31,048 bases of DNA from a virus (IMGVR_UViG_3300011339_000154:1-31048), one strand, 5' to 3'; positions 8,790-17,831 are shown, counted from the stretch's first letter. Notes: generated from the letters alone by a model not told the origin. Program-made: numbers and translations.

Positions 8790-10108
8790 TTAAGTTCCTC
8801 CATTGCAATGTCAGATATAGCGCGCTTGTCGTGAAGCGCCGCCCAGATACGTTCGTCAATCGTTTTGTTGGTCAGCATTACGTAGCACCACACAGCGTGT
8901 TTCTGCCCGCTGCGGTGCAGACGACCAAGGGTCTGTTCGTACAACTCCAGACTCCACGGCAATGACAAAAACACCATGTGACAGCCGCCATGCTGGAGGT
9001 TGAGGCCGTGGCCTGCTGACTTTGGATGTACAGCGAGCAGTTGTATTTCGCCTTTATTCCATCGCTCGATGGCGTTGGCGTCGTCAAGGGTTTGCAGGCG
9101 CCCGAAGCGGCGCTTGAGTTCGGCAAGTTCTTCTTGGTAGTTGTACACAATGATGGTGTTGGCATGCTGGTTCTCGTTGATTAACTCTTCAAGGCGTTCA
9201 AACTTATGTAGGCCGTACCAGATCGGGCGCTGGGTGGATTTAAACTTGCCAGGCGACTCGGACGGCGCAGTTGTTGTGTCGTATACAAACCCTGACGCCA
9301 GTTGTTGCAACTTGCCCGTGACCACAGCCGCGTTGACTGCCGTGATGCCCTCTAGCACAAAGTCTTTTTTCATGGTGTTGTAGGGCGTCAGATCCATGTC
9401 GCACTTGAGTTCAACAGTATGCAAAGGCGGCAACTTGTCTTTATACTCACCTGCCTCCAAGACAAATGTGGCAGGCTTGATCACGTTCATTACCTTTTCA
9501 AGCGAGCCGACACGCGGCGCCCATTCACCGAAGTCCTTGTTTATAAGAACAAAATACTGCTGCATAAACGCGCCTTTGCTGCGGCCAAGCAGAGACTGGT
9601 CAACGATCTTGCACTGGCCAAAGACGTCCTCAAGACCGTTGCTAGTAAATGAGCCGGTCAAGCCCCAGCGCGTTGTCATGGGGTCAACTACTTTTAGGAA
9701 CGCTTTGAAGCGTGTGCCTGATGGGTTTTTGAGGCGCGTTAGTTCGTCAAACACCACGCCGTCAAAGTTCAATTTCTGCTCGGCCAGCCACTGCAAGTTG
9801 TCGTAGTTGGTCACAACCACTTGAGCGTTGCCTTTAAGGGCGTCTAGGCGCTGCTTAGGTGTGCCAACGCACAGAGCCATGCTCAGGCGGTCGCCCCACT
9901 TGGGGCGCTCGACTGGCCACACGTCGGTACAGACGCGCTTGGGCGCCAGCACCAGCCAGCGCTTGACGTGGCCGTCGCGGATCATCTCCCACATGGCCGT
10001 CAGCGTGATGGCGGTCTTACCCGCACCCACCGGCGCCAAGATCATGGCGCGGTCGTGCTCGTAGAGAAAGTCAGCGGCTGTCTCTTGATACGGTCGTAAC
10101 GAAACCAT
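8786..10108 (-). CDS. SNF2-like SF2 helicase
   Basis: LRPYQ, GAGKT, FDE, LTGS, SAGHGLNLQ, QTLGRLHRSGQ. Start moved to MVSLRPYQ at 10108. Confidence 0.9.
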   Translation of the reverse strand: MVSLRPYQETAADFLYEHDRAMILAPVGAGKTAITLTAMWEMIRDGHVKRWLVLAPKRVCTDVWPVERPKWGDRLSMALCVGTPKQRLDALKGNAQVVVTNYDNLQWLAEQKLNFDGVVFDELTRLKNPSGTRFKAFLKVVDPMTTRWGLTGSFTSNGLEDVFGQCKIVDQSLLGRSKGAFMQQYFVLINKDFGEWAPRVGSLEKVMNVIKPATFVLEAGEYKDKLPPLHTVELKCDMDLTPYNTMKKDFVLEGITAVNAAVVTGKLQQLASGFVYDTTTAPSESPGKFKSTQRPIWYGLHKFERLEELINENQHANTIIVYNYQEELAELKRRFGRLQTLDDANAIERWNKGEIQLLAVHPKSAGHGLNLQHGGCHMVFLSLPWSLELYEQTLGRLHRSGQKHAVWCYVMLTNKTIDERIWAALHDKRAISDIAMEELK

Positions 10109-10358
10109 CAACTTGTTCCTTAGTCCATAAACATGCGTAGTTCTGACGCAATAGCGCCATCTCTGTTTGAAATAGTTTTTGCAGTTCACTCAATCTGCCG
10201 CCTTTGGTTTTCAATTCAACAAACCATGTCTGGCCATCGGGTAAACACGCAATGCGATCTGCTACACCTTTGCGTCCAGGCGAAGTAAACTTCCAAGTCC
10301 TGCCGCCGATGCGTTGCACCGCCCAGTCAAAATAAATTTCAATTTCTTTTTCGCGCAT
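10071..10358 (-). CDS. VRR-NUC nuclease (Holliday junction resolvase-like)
   Basis: MREKEIE...KFTSPGRKGVADRI...FVELKTKGGRLSELQ. Start moved to 10358. Confidence 0.9.
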   Translation of the reverse strand: MREKEIEIYFDWAVQRIGGRTWKFTSPGRKGVADRIACLPDGQTWFVELKTKGGRLSELQKLFQTEMALLRQNYACLWTKEQVDGFVTTVSRDSR

Positions 10359-10365
10359 GCCGCAA

Positions 10366-10414
10366 AGTATACATGTAAAAAAGATTTGCACAACAATTAT
10401 TTCTGTGCTAATAT
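10366..10414. promoter_or_regulatory. Divergent sigma70-type promoter pair
   Basis: Rightward TTGCAC (10386-10391)-17 nt-TAATAT (10409-10414) with TG extended -10; leftward -10 TATACT at 10366-10371. Confidence 0.65.
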
Positions 10415-10443
10415 TCAAGTTCAATAAATTAAAGGAGAGTCAA

Positions 10444-10629
10444 ATGGACATTAGAGTAGAAGCAGATCAACAAGGGTCTAGCGTTACATTAAGCGAATAT
10501 GAAGGTGGCATTTGGATCAGCGTCCATCGCCATTGTGGTTACGCCAGCACAAACCTTACGCGAGCGCAAACAGAACAGTTGCGTGACGCTCTTATTGCTT
10601 TGACGGAGACATCAGATGCAACACAGTAA
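10444..10629 (+). CDS. Hypothetical protein, 61 aa
   Basis: AAGGAG RBS before the ATG at 10444 (MDIRVEADQ...). Confidence 0.7.
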   Translation: MDIRVEADQQGSSVTLSEYEGGIWISVHRHCGYASTNLTRAQTEQLRDALIALTETSDATQ

Positions 10630-11743
10630 CATTGTCGGTGGCTCAACAGCCAAGCGCGTCATTAACTGCCCCGGCAGTGTGGCGTTGGTGCAGAAGATGC
10701 CGCCCAAGCCCTCAAACAAATACGCTGACGAAGGCACACTCTTGCACAACGTCATGGCCGAACTTATCATGGGTGAGGAGCCACCAGACTACTACCTTGG
10801 CACACGCTATGAAGATCAAATCCTTACGCCTGAATTGGTGGAAGAAAAAATTTGGCCAGCTTTGCGCGCCCTTGACATTCTTGACCCCGAACAGAAGATG
10901 GAAATTGAAGCAGAGACTAGAGTTGGCTTTGGTGATCTGCTTCCTGGCGTGTTTGGTTCCACTGATCTTATTGGCCGGCTTGGTAATCGCGCCGTTGTTC
11001 TTGATTGGAAATTTGGTGATGGTGTCATGGTCGAGGTGGAAGAGAACCCACAGTTGATGTTCTACGCCGCCGCCGCTATGCGCACACCCGAGGCGCAGTG
11101 GGCTTTTGATGGCGTGACTGAGATTGAGATGGTCATTGTCCAGCCGCCTGAGATTCGCCGTTGGGTCACAACGCCTGAGCGCATTGCAGAGTTTGAATTG
11201 CAGTTGGTGCAGGCCGTTAAGCAAGCAGAAAAGCCTGATGCCAAGTTGGCCGTGGGTGACCACTGCCGTTGGTGCGCGGCCAAGCCCATTTGCCCCAAGA
11301 TGACGGGCGCTGCCGACCGCGCATTGAAGGTGCAGATTGAAGCCCTGCCTGCCGAGCAGATTAGCGTGTTCTTAAAGAACGCAGACATGCTTGAGGACTG
11401 GATCAAAGACTTGCGCTCACTGGCCTTGCAGATGCTTGAGTCTGGCGCCAAGTTGCCTGATTACAAACTGGTGGCCAAGCGCGCCATTAGGTCATGGACG
11501 GATGACGAGAAGGCCAAAGTCGCCTTGTTCGCATACGGCCTCACAGAATCTGAAGTGATGGAGTCCTCTGTCGTCTCCCCTGCGAAGGCCGAAAAGGCGT
11601 TGAAAAAACGCAAGATCGGCCTACCAGAAGACCTAGTGGTCGCCATCTCGTCAGGTAACACTTTGGCAAGCACGGATGACCCGCGCCCCGAAGTGATGCT
11701 CTTGGGCAAACAGTTATCTGCTGCCCTTTCTAAACTCCAGTAA
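10616..11743 (+). CDS. Cas4-like PD-(D/E)XK exonuclease (DUF2800 type)
   Basis: N-terminal CPGS, EGTLLH, FGSTD..DWKFG, QLMFYA and C-terminal CRWC..ICP Fe-S staple. Confidence 0.85.
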   Translation: MQHSNIVGGSTAKRVINCPGSVALVQKMPPKPSNKYADEGTLLHNVMAELIMGEEPPDYYLGTRYEDQILTPELVEEKIWPALRALDILDPEQKMEIEAETRVGFGDLLPGVFGSTDLIGRLGNRAVVLDWKFGDGVMVEVEENPQLMFYAAAAMRTPEAQWAFDGVTEIEMVIVQPPEIRRWVTTPERIAEFELQLVQAVKQAEKPDAKLAVGDHCRWCAAKPICPKMTGAADRALKVQIEALPAEQISVFLKNADMLEDWIKDLRSLALQMLESGAKLPDYKLVAKRAIRSWTDDEKAKVALFAYGLTESEVMESSVVSPAKAEKALKKRKIGLPEDLVVAISSGNTLASTDDPRPEVMLLGKQLSAALSKLQ

Positions 11744-11751
11744 GGTAAATT

Positions 11752-12405
11752 ATGAACTTAACTACATTCTCACAAGCAAACCTCCCCGCCGTTTCAACGC
11801 TGTCTAGCGCTTTGCGTTCGATCCAATCTGAAGTCGGCCCAGCCGGTATTGTCATTCTCAAGATGGACAAGACTGGCCATTGGGTCTTTGGCGCAGATCA
11901 AACCGAAGTTGAAGACGACGCCATTTGGGCGGTCAATCCTTTCTCTTTTGTCCACGGCTTTATTGCTTGGGGCGATGGTGAAGTGTTGGGCGAAAAGATG
12001 ACCAGCGTTAGCAACCCACTGCCCGAGTTGGATGAAGCGCCACCTTCAGCCAAAAAGGGTTGGGAAACTCAAGTCGGCATGTCTTTGAAATGCATCAGCG
12101 GCGAAGACAAGGGCATGGAAGCACGCTTCACCACCACGTCAGTAGGCGGCAAGCGCGCAGTACAAACCTTGGCTGTTGCTTTAGCCGAGCAAGTCGAGAA
12201 AGACCAAACCAAGCCAGTGCCAGTCGTGCGTCTGAAGAAAGACCACTACGCCCACAAATCCTACGGCAAAATTTACACGCCAGTGTTTGAAGTTGTCGAG
12301 TGGGTGAGCATGGATGGTGAAAAGCCCAAGGCTGATGAGCCCGCGTGGCCAACTGCCGAGCAGGAAGCTGCTAAAGCGCCTGCCCGCCGCCGCCGTTCAG
12401 CGTAA
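11752..12405 (+). CDS. Putative ssDNA-binding/annealing protein
   Basis: Position between exonuclease and polymerase; aromatic-rich beta protein ending YGKIYTPVFEVVEW with a flexible tail. Confidence 0.6.
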   Translation: MNLTTFSQANLPAVSTLSSALRSIQSEVGPAGIVILKMDKTGHWVFGADQTEVEDDAIWAVNPFSFVHGFIAWGDGEVLGEKMTSVSNPLPELDEAPPSAKKGWETQVGMSLKCISGEDKGMEARFTTTSVGGKRAVQTLAVALAEQVEKDQTKPVPVVRLKKDHYAHKSYGKIYTPVFEVVEWVSMDGEKPKADEPAWPTAEQEAAKAPARRRRSA

Positions 12406-12407
12406 CT

Positions 12408-12440
12408 TTTCTGATGGGCGTTATGAGCGCCCATTGGAAA
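12408..12440 (+). promoter_or_regulatory. RNA hairpin abutting the RBS of the Mom-like gene
   Basis: ATGGGCG (12414-12420) / CGCCCAT (12428-12434) perfect stem, extendable with G-U pairs to TTT/AAA; GGAG follows at 12441. Confidence 0.55.
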
Positions 12441-12452
12441 GGAGACACTAAG

Positions 12453-13019
12453 GTGAAGTTATATTCTGTTCGGCCAATTTTGTACGCGGATACAAAGCCT
12501 TTCATTTTAGATTTGCATTACGCCAAACGTATGCCATCTATAAGTTTTGCGTTTGGCTTATTTTTGAATGACGCGCTTGTGGGCGTTGTGACTTATGGAA
12601 TGCCTGCGTCGCCGTGGCTTTGTAAAGGTATTTGCGGAAACGAAAACCGGCATTTAGTTCTTGAACTAAACAGGTTAGTGCTGACCCACAATATAAAAAA
12701 CGAGGCGTCTCTTTTGGTAGGGCGTTCTTTGGCGCTATTGCCCACGCCGCGTGTAATTGTTTCATACGCAGACACTGCGCAAGGTCATGTCGGGGTTGTT
12801 TACCAGGCATGTAATTTTTTATTTACTGGTACAACAAAACCTCGAACAGATATGGCCGCAAAAGATGGCAAACATAGTAGGCATCATTCTGGCGATAAAA
12901 CAAACCGCGTTGCCCGTTCTGCAAAACATAGATATGTAACTTTTATAGGATCTAAAAAAGAAACCGCTCCATTACGCGCCGCGTTGCAATACTCAACACT
13001 AAACTACCCTAAAAAATGA
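12453..13019 (+). CDS. mom: Mom-family adenine modification enzyme (GNAT fold)
   Basis: HYAKR, ELNRL, VSYADTAQGHVGVVYQACNFLFTG and KHRY motifs typical of Mom homologues; AAGGAG RBS before GTG at 12453. Confidence 0.75.
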   Translation: MKLYSVRPILYADTKPFILDLHYAKRMPSISFAFGLFLNDALVGVVTYGMPASPWLCKGICGNENRHLVLELNRLVLTHNIKNEASLLVGRSLALLPTPRVIVSYADTAQGHVGVVYQACNFLFTGTTKPRTDMAAKDGKHSRHHSGDKTNRVARSAKHRYVTFIGSKKETAPLRAALQYSTLNYPKK

Positions 13020-14920
13020 CACTCTGGCTTGACTTTGAGACACGCAGTACTTGCGACCTACGCGCCAAGGGCGTGTACAACTACGCCCAAGACGCCAGCA
13101 CCGAAGTGCTGTGCATGTCGTATGCGTTTGACGATGAAGACGTGGTGACGTGGGTGCCTGCCCAGCCCTTCCCTGAGAGCGTTCGCAACTATACCGGCCA
13201 GATCAGGGCGCACAACGCGGCGTTCGAGCGCTTGATCTTTTGGTACGTCTTACAAATAAATTTTAATTTAGAGCAGTTTTATTGCACTGCAACACAAGCC
13301 CGCGCCAACTGCGCGCCTGGCAGTCTGGAGGACGTTGGCCGCTTTGCTGGCGCGTCCATGAAGAAAGACCACAGAGGAGCGCAACTGATCCGTTTGATGT
13401 GCGTGCCGCCATTCAAAGACTCGCCTGAACTCATGGCTGAGATGATCCAGTACTGTGAGCAGGACGTCAGGGCCATGCGGGCAATCAGTCAGGCCATGCG
13501 CGCCTTGTCAGCCGAAGAGTTAGAAGACTACCACGTCAACGAGCGCATTAATGATCGCGGCGTGTTGGTCGATGTGCCGCTGTGCCAAGCAGCAGTCAAG
13601 TTTGCCTCCGATGAATTGATTGAGATCGAGCAGATCGTCAAAGAAGTCACTGGCGGCGTAATCACCAGCGTCAGAAGCCCCCGCATGCGTGAGTGGGTGC
13701 TTGAGCGCGTGGGTGACGAAGCAAAGAAGTTGATGGAAAAAGATGGCAAGTATTCCATTGACAAAACAGTCCGAGCAAATTTATTAGCAATGGAGAATCC
13801 CGATGAAGTCCCTGCCGACGTCCAAGAAGTTATCCAATGCGCCGACGACCTCTGGGCGTCCTCGGTGGCAAAGTTCAACCGACTTAGCTGTCTGGCGGAT
13901 GAGGAGGATCAGAGGGTACGAGGAGCGTTCGTATTTGCTGGAGGTTCCGCGACGGGTCGAGCCAGTTCATACGGCGCCCAAGTTCACAACTTCACACGCA
14001 AGTGCGCTGATGAACCAGAAGACGTCAGGCAAGCAATGGTCAGAGGACACGCAATCGTCCCTCGGTATGGAAAGCGCGTTACCGATGTACTTAAGGGAAT
14101 GCTTAGACCAGCGCTCATCCCTGCAACAGGCAAGCACTTTGTCGTCGCTGACTGGGCAGCCATCGAAGCGCGCGTTAACCCGTGGCTGTCTGGCCGTGGG
14201 GACAACAAACTTGAGCTTTTCAGAACGGGCGAAGACGTTTACAAAGTCAACGCGGCCGCAACATTTAGTGTTCGCGTGGCAGACGTTACCAAAGACCAGC
14301 GCCAGATTGGAAAGGTTCAGGAACTTGCCTGCGGATTTGCTGGTGGTGTGGGGGCTTTTGCTGCTATGGGTCGGGCTTATGGGATTAGTCTTCCTGAACA
14401 CGTCGCCAAGCGAATGGTTGATGGCTGGCGCAGGGCTAACCCTTGGTCTGTACCTTATTGGTCGGCTTTGGAAGAGTCCTACACGCGAGCAATGAGAAAC
14501 AAGGGGCGTGAATTTAAGGCTGGCCGTATAACATATTTGTACGACGGCTTGCACCTATGGTATGCCCTACCATCTGGCCGAATTCTGTGCTACCCCTATG
14601 CCAAATTAGAACCCGAGGGCGTCAGTTATGCCAAGGCGGCATGGAAGCCAGCGCAAGATGCAAAAGAATGGCCACGCGCCCGCCTTTGGAAAGGCTTGGC
14701 ATGTGAAAATGTGACTCAGGCCGTGGCCAACGATTTGCTTCGCCACGCCCTGCGCCAACTCGATGACGTTGTGCTACATGTGCATGATGAAATTGTGCTT
14801 GAAACGGCAGACCCAGAAGCTGCCGAGAACTTAAAACGTGTGATGTGTACAGCGCCAGAGTGGGCAGATGGCCTACCCTTGAACGCTGAAGTTGAAACTA
14901 TGAAAAGGTATGGCAAATGA
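13016..14920 (+). CDS. DNA polymerase family A with 3'-5' exonuclease
   Basis: Exo motifs LDFET, AHNAAFE, YCEQDV; polymerase TGR, DWAAIEAR, RQIGK, HVHDEI. Confidence 0.95.
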   Translation: MTLWLDFETRSTCDLRAKGVYNYAQDASTEVLCMSYAFDDEDVVTWVPAQPFPESVRNYTGQIRAHNAAFERLIFWYVLQINFNLEQFYCTATQARANCAPGSLEDVGRFAGASMKKDHRGAQLIRLMCVPPFKDSPELMAEMIQYCEQDVRAMRAISQAMRALSAEELEDYHVNERINDRGVLVDVPLCQAAVKFASDELIEIEQIVKEVTGGVITSVRSPRMREWVLERVGDEAKKLMEKDGKYSIDKTVRANLLAMENPDEVPADVQEVIQCADDLWASSVAKFNRLSCLADEEDQRVRGAFVFAGGSATGRASSYGAQVHNFTRKCADEPEDVRQAMVRGHAIVPRYGKRVTDVLKGMLRPALIPATGKHFVVADWAAIEARVNPWLSGRGDNKLELFRTGEDVYKVNAAATFSVRVADVTKDQRQIGKVQELACGFAGGVGAFAAMGRAYGISLPEHVAKRMVDGWRRANPWSVPYWSALEESYTRAMRNKGREFKAGRITYLYDGLHLWYALPSGRILCYPYAKLEPEGVSYAKAAWKPAQDAKEWPRARLWKGLACENVTQAVANDLLRHALRQLDDVVLHVHDEIVLETADPEAAENLKRVMCTAPEWADGLPLNAEVETMKRYGK

Positions 14921-17205
14921 ACTTTCTTGAATTTTTAATTTCCTTGGCTCCCGAGGGTGAGACAGCGCTGATCGTGCGTCAGAAACCCATTGGCAAAGAA
15001 CTGCAATTCCATGCAGATGGCGCGATCAAATGCACTTGGCCGGCCATGTTGCCCGATGCCAAGATCAAGCCCGACTGGGCAATCTACGGCAACACCGCCA
15101 GCTTTATCATCGACCGCTTCAAAGATGGCCACGTTTCAGCGTCTGCCGTTAACTGCGAATATGTGCTTGTGATGGTGCTGGATGACGTGGGTACAAAGGC
15201 CAAGGTCCCACCGCTTGCGCCAACTTGGAAAATTGAAACCTCTGAGGGTTCATTTCAGTGGGGCTATGCTTTTAATGAACAACCCACTAAAGCCGACTTT
15301 GCCGCTGCCATCAAGGCTATCGCCGATGCAGGCTACACCGACGCTGGCGCCATCAATGCCGTGCGTAACTTCCGTTTGCCCGGCTCGATCAACTTGAAAC
15401 CAGGGCGTGAGAACTTCGCCGCCAAGTTGGTGGAATTCCACCCCGAACGTGACTTCACCCTTGAACAAATCTGCACAGCCCTTGATGTAGTGCCTGCGCC
15501 TGCCGACTCTATTGGCGTGCGCCCGATTCGATTGTCAGACGACGGCGCTGATGATGTGATGGCGTGGCTGAGTGGCCAAGGTTTGCTACTGTCCAAACCC
15601 AATCAAGAAGGCTGGGCTGGCGTGATCTGTCCCAATTCAGCCAACCACACCGATGGCAACCCCGAGGGCCGTTACATGCCGGCCAACCGCGCCTATTGTT
15701 GCCTGCACAGTCACTGCCTTGAACTTGACTCGACCGTGTTTCTCAAGTGGGTGTCCGACAATAGCGGACCCAAGCACGCGCCGGGCCTGCGCGAAGAGTT
15801 GTTGACCATGGCCATGGATGCGGCGCTGGCCAAACTAACGCCGTCCGACATGTTCACCGATGATGCGTCTGCCGTGATTGCCGAGGTCGAGCGCAAAGAA
15901 CTAGGTCGCATCGAAAAGGCGCAATGGTATGAGCGCTTCGCCTACATTCAAGACGATGAGTCCTATTTTGATATGCAAGACCGCCGCGAAGTGTCGCGCC
16001 AGACCTTCAACGCCTTGTATCGCCACATCAAGTGCAATTCAATCCACGGCAAAAACCCCAAGGTCGAGGCGTCAGTGTGCTTTGATGAGAACCGCCAAAA
16101 GTACGGCGCAAAGGCCCTTGTCGGCATAACGTATGCCGCCGGCGAGTCGGTCATTGTCGCCCGCGATGGTGACCTATTCGGCAACCGCTGGCGCGATGCC
16201 AGGCCCGTGGTGGCCGCCGGTGACGTAACCCCATGGATGGACCACTGCAAAACGCTGGTGCCTGATGCGCGCGAGTTGGACCACATCTTGAACGTGATGG
16301 CCTTCAAACTGCAACATCCCAAGATCAAAATCAATCACGCCGTATTGCATGGCGGTGACCAAGGGTCCGGCAAAGATACCATGTGGGCGCCGTTCATTTG
16401 GGCCGTGTGTGGCCCCCACCTTAAAAACCGTGGCCTCTTGGACAACGACACAATGAGCAGCCAATTTGGTTATGCCCTTGAGTCGGAAATCTTGATTTTG
16501 AATGAGTTGAAAGAACCCGACGCCAAAGAACGCCGCGCGCTGGCCAACAAACTGAAGCCCATCATCGCCGCGCCGCCTGAGATGTTGACAGTTAACCGTA
16601 AGGGCCTGCACCCCTACCAAATGGCCAACCGCGTTTTCGTGCTGGCGTTTTCAAATGACCCCGTGCCAATTAGTTTAGATTCGCAGGACCGCCGTTGGAT
16701 GTGCATTTGGTCCCATGCCCCCCGCATGGGCGCCGACGCCGCCGCCAAAATGTGGGCGTGGTACAAGGCCGGAGGGTTCGCGGCCGTGGGGGCGTGGCTG
16801 CAAGCCCGCGACGTGTCCGCGTTTAATCCTGGCGCTGCGCCCATGATGACCGAATTCAAATTAAACCTTGTCGAGCATGGCATGAGCATGGCCGAATCGT
16901 ACCTTGTCGAACTCATGCGCGGGCGCCTAGGCGAGTTTTCGAAGGGCGTGGTGGCGTCTCCCTTCCATGCCCTGTGTGACCGCGTGGCTGGCGCCGCGCC
17001 TAGTGGCGTGAAGGTCCCCCAGCCAGCCCTTTTGCATGCCCTGAAGGAGGCCGGCTGGGTCGACCTTGGCCGCGTGGCCTCGGGTGATTTCCAAAGTAAA
17101 AAGCACATGTACTGCGCGCCGGACATGGTGGGTGTGAGCAAATCGGACCTTCGCCGCATGGTCGAGGACCTACCGGCCCCCATGGCCGTGCGCTTGGTGA
17201 AGTAA
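14917..17205 (+). CDS. Primase-helicase (RepB-like primase plus SF3/D5-like helicase)
   Basis: VLDDVG, IETSEGSFQWGY, FRLPGSIN primase motifs; C/H zinc-like segment; Walker A GDQGSGKD, ILNE and FSN. Confidence 0.85.
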   Translation: MNFLEFLISLAPEGETALIVRQKPIGKELQFHADGAIKCTWPAMLPDAKIKPDWAIYGNTASFIIDRFKDGHVSASAVNCEYVLVMVLDDVGTKAKVPPLAPTWKIETSEGSFQWGYAFNEQPTKADFAAAIKAIADAGYTDAGAINAVRNFRLPGSINLKPGRENFAAKLVEFHPERDFTLEQICTALDVVPAPADSIGVRPIRLSDDGADDVMAWLSGQGLLLSKPNQEGWAGVICPNSANHTDGNPEGRYMPANRAYCCLHSHCLELDSTVFLKWVSDNSGPKHAPGLREELLTMAMDAALAKLTPSDMFTDDASAVIAEVERKELGRIEKAQWYERFAYIQDDESYFDMQDRREVSRQTFNALYRHIKCNSIHGKNPKVEASVCFDENRQKYGAKALVGITYAAGESVIVARDGDLFGNRWRDARPVVAAGDVTPWMDHCKTLVPDARELDHILNVMAFKLQHPKIKINHAVLHGGDQGSGKDTMWAPFIWAVCGPHLKNRGLLDNDTMSSQFGYALESEILILNELKEPDAKERRALANKLKPIIAAPPEMLTVNRKGLHPYQMANRVFVLAFSNDPVPISLDSQDRRWMCIWSHAPRMGADAAAKMWAWYKAGGFAAVGAWLQARDVSAFNPGAAPMMTEFKLNLVEHGMSMAESYLVELMRGRLGEFSKGVVASPFHALCDRVAGAAPSGVKVPQPALLHALKEAGWVDLGRVASGDFQSKKHMYCAPDMVGVSKSDLRRMVEDLPAPMAVRLVK

Positions 17206-17234
17206 AAAAAAAGGCCCCTATTACTAGGGGCCTT
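17204..17234 (-). terminator. Intrinsic terminator between convergent operons
   Basis: AAGGCCCCTA-ttac-TAGGGGCCTT stem (17211-17234) with an A-run at 17204-17212 giving a U-tail on the minus strand. Confidence 0.8.
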
Positions 17235-17251
17235 GTGAGGTGTGGCAACTG

Positions 17252-17311
17252 CTAAAGGTCGAGGAGAATAACCAGTAGCCCCGCCAGTATAAGCGCAATT
17301 AAGATGACCAT
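17252..17311 (-). CDS. 19-aa hydrophobic peptide
   Basis: Hand-translated MVILIALILAGLLVILLDL*; GGAGG 7 nt upstream of the ATG; just before the terminator. Confidence 0.6.
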   Translation of the reverse strand: MVILIALILAGLLVILLDL

Positions 17312-17514
17312 TGCATAGCCTCCATGGCCCCGCGATTCATAAGGCGCCGGGCCTCGGGTCCCTCCGCCAGCGCCATTTTGTATTCGTGCTCAGATACCCG
17401 GCCCAATTCGTGCCGATAGCCTAGGTCGACGTAATAGTGCTCGGTGTAGGTTAAGGGCGCCCATGGTGCGATTAATTCGCGCATAAGGGGGTGTAGATTA
17501 TCCTTCGTTTTCAT
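17299..17514 (-). CDS. Hypothetical early protein
   Basis: 71 aa, GAGG RBS, overlaps both neighbours. Confidence 0.65.
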   Translation of the reverse strand: MKTKDNLHPLMRELIAPWAPLTYTEHYYVDLGYRHELGRVSEHEYKMALAEGPEARRLMNRGAMEAMQWSS

Positions 17515-17830
17515 ATAGGTCCTCTTCGGTGTAGGTGGCCGCTGGCGCCGTGTTTAGGTTTTCATAAAAGCCCGTGAGGGTGTTCCCAGTGCCATAGGGC
17601 GCGCCCTTGGCCGAAGGGAATCGGCTTGCGGTACTGTTTAAACCGTAGTACATGGCCACATAATCGGCCGTGCTCATGCCGTCCCAATAATCGGGAAACC
17701 GGCGCAATTCGGCGCCCTTGCTTTTTACGGTCCTATGCTTGCCGGTGCATTTGGCGTGCTCATTCATTACCGCGCCGGCGTGGTCGTCGTTGACAATATA
17801 AATTGTCCGTCCTAGTCTCATTTTTAGCAT
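17498..17830 (-). CDS. Hypothetical early protein
   Basis: Start moved to MLKMRLGRTIY at 17830, immediately after the upstream stop. Confidence 0.65.
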   Translation of the reverse strand: MLKMRLGRTIYIVNDDHAGAVMNEHAKCTGKHRTVKSKGAELRRFPDYWDGMSTADYVAMYYGLNSTASRFPSAKGAPYGTGNTLTGFYENLNTAPAATYTEEDLYENEG

Positions 17831-17831
17831 A

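Noticed and set aside
10109-10443. Longest-ORF starts for helicase (10189), VRR-NUC (10424) and the 10357 ORF
   Set aside because: Extensions overlap neighbouring genes or promoters; motifs and RBS support starts at 10108, 10358 and 10444.
10616-11743. Cas4-like gene as part of a CRISPR-Cas system
   Set aside because: No cas1/cas2 or array; it sits in the usual exonuclease-SSB-polymerase context.
12414-12452. ATG at 12414 as the Mom-like start
   Set aside because: It lies inside the hairpin with no RBS; AAGGAG precedes the GTG at 12453.
13803-14554. 230-aa alternate-frame and 195-aa antisense ORFs inside the polymerase
   Set aside because: No recognisable motifs; explained as shadows of codon bias in the real gene.
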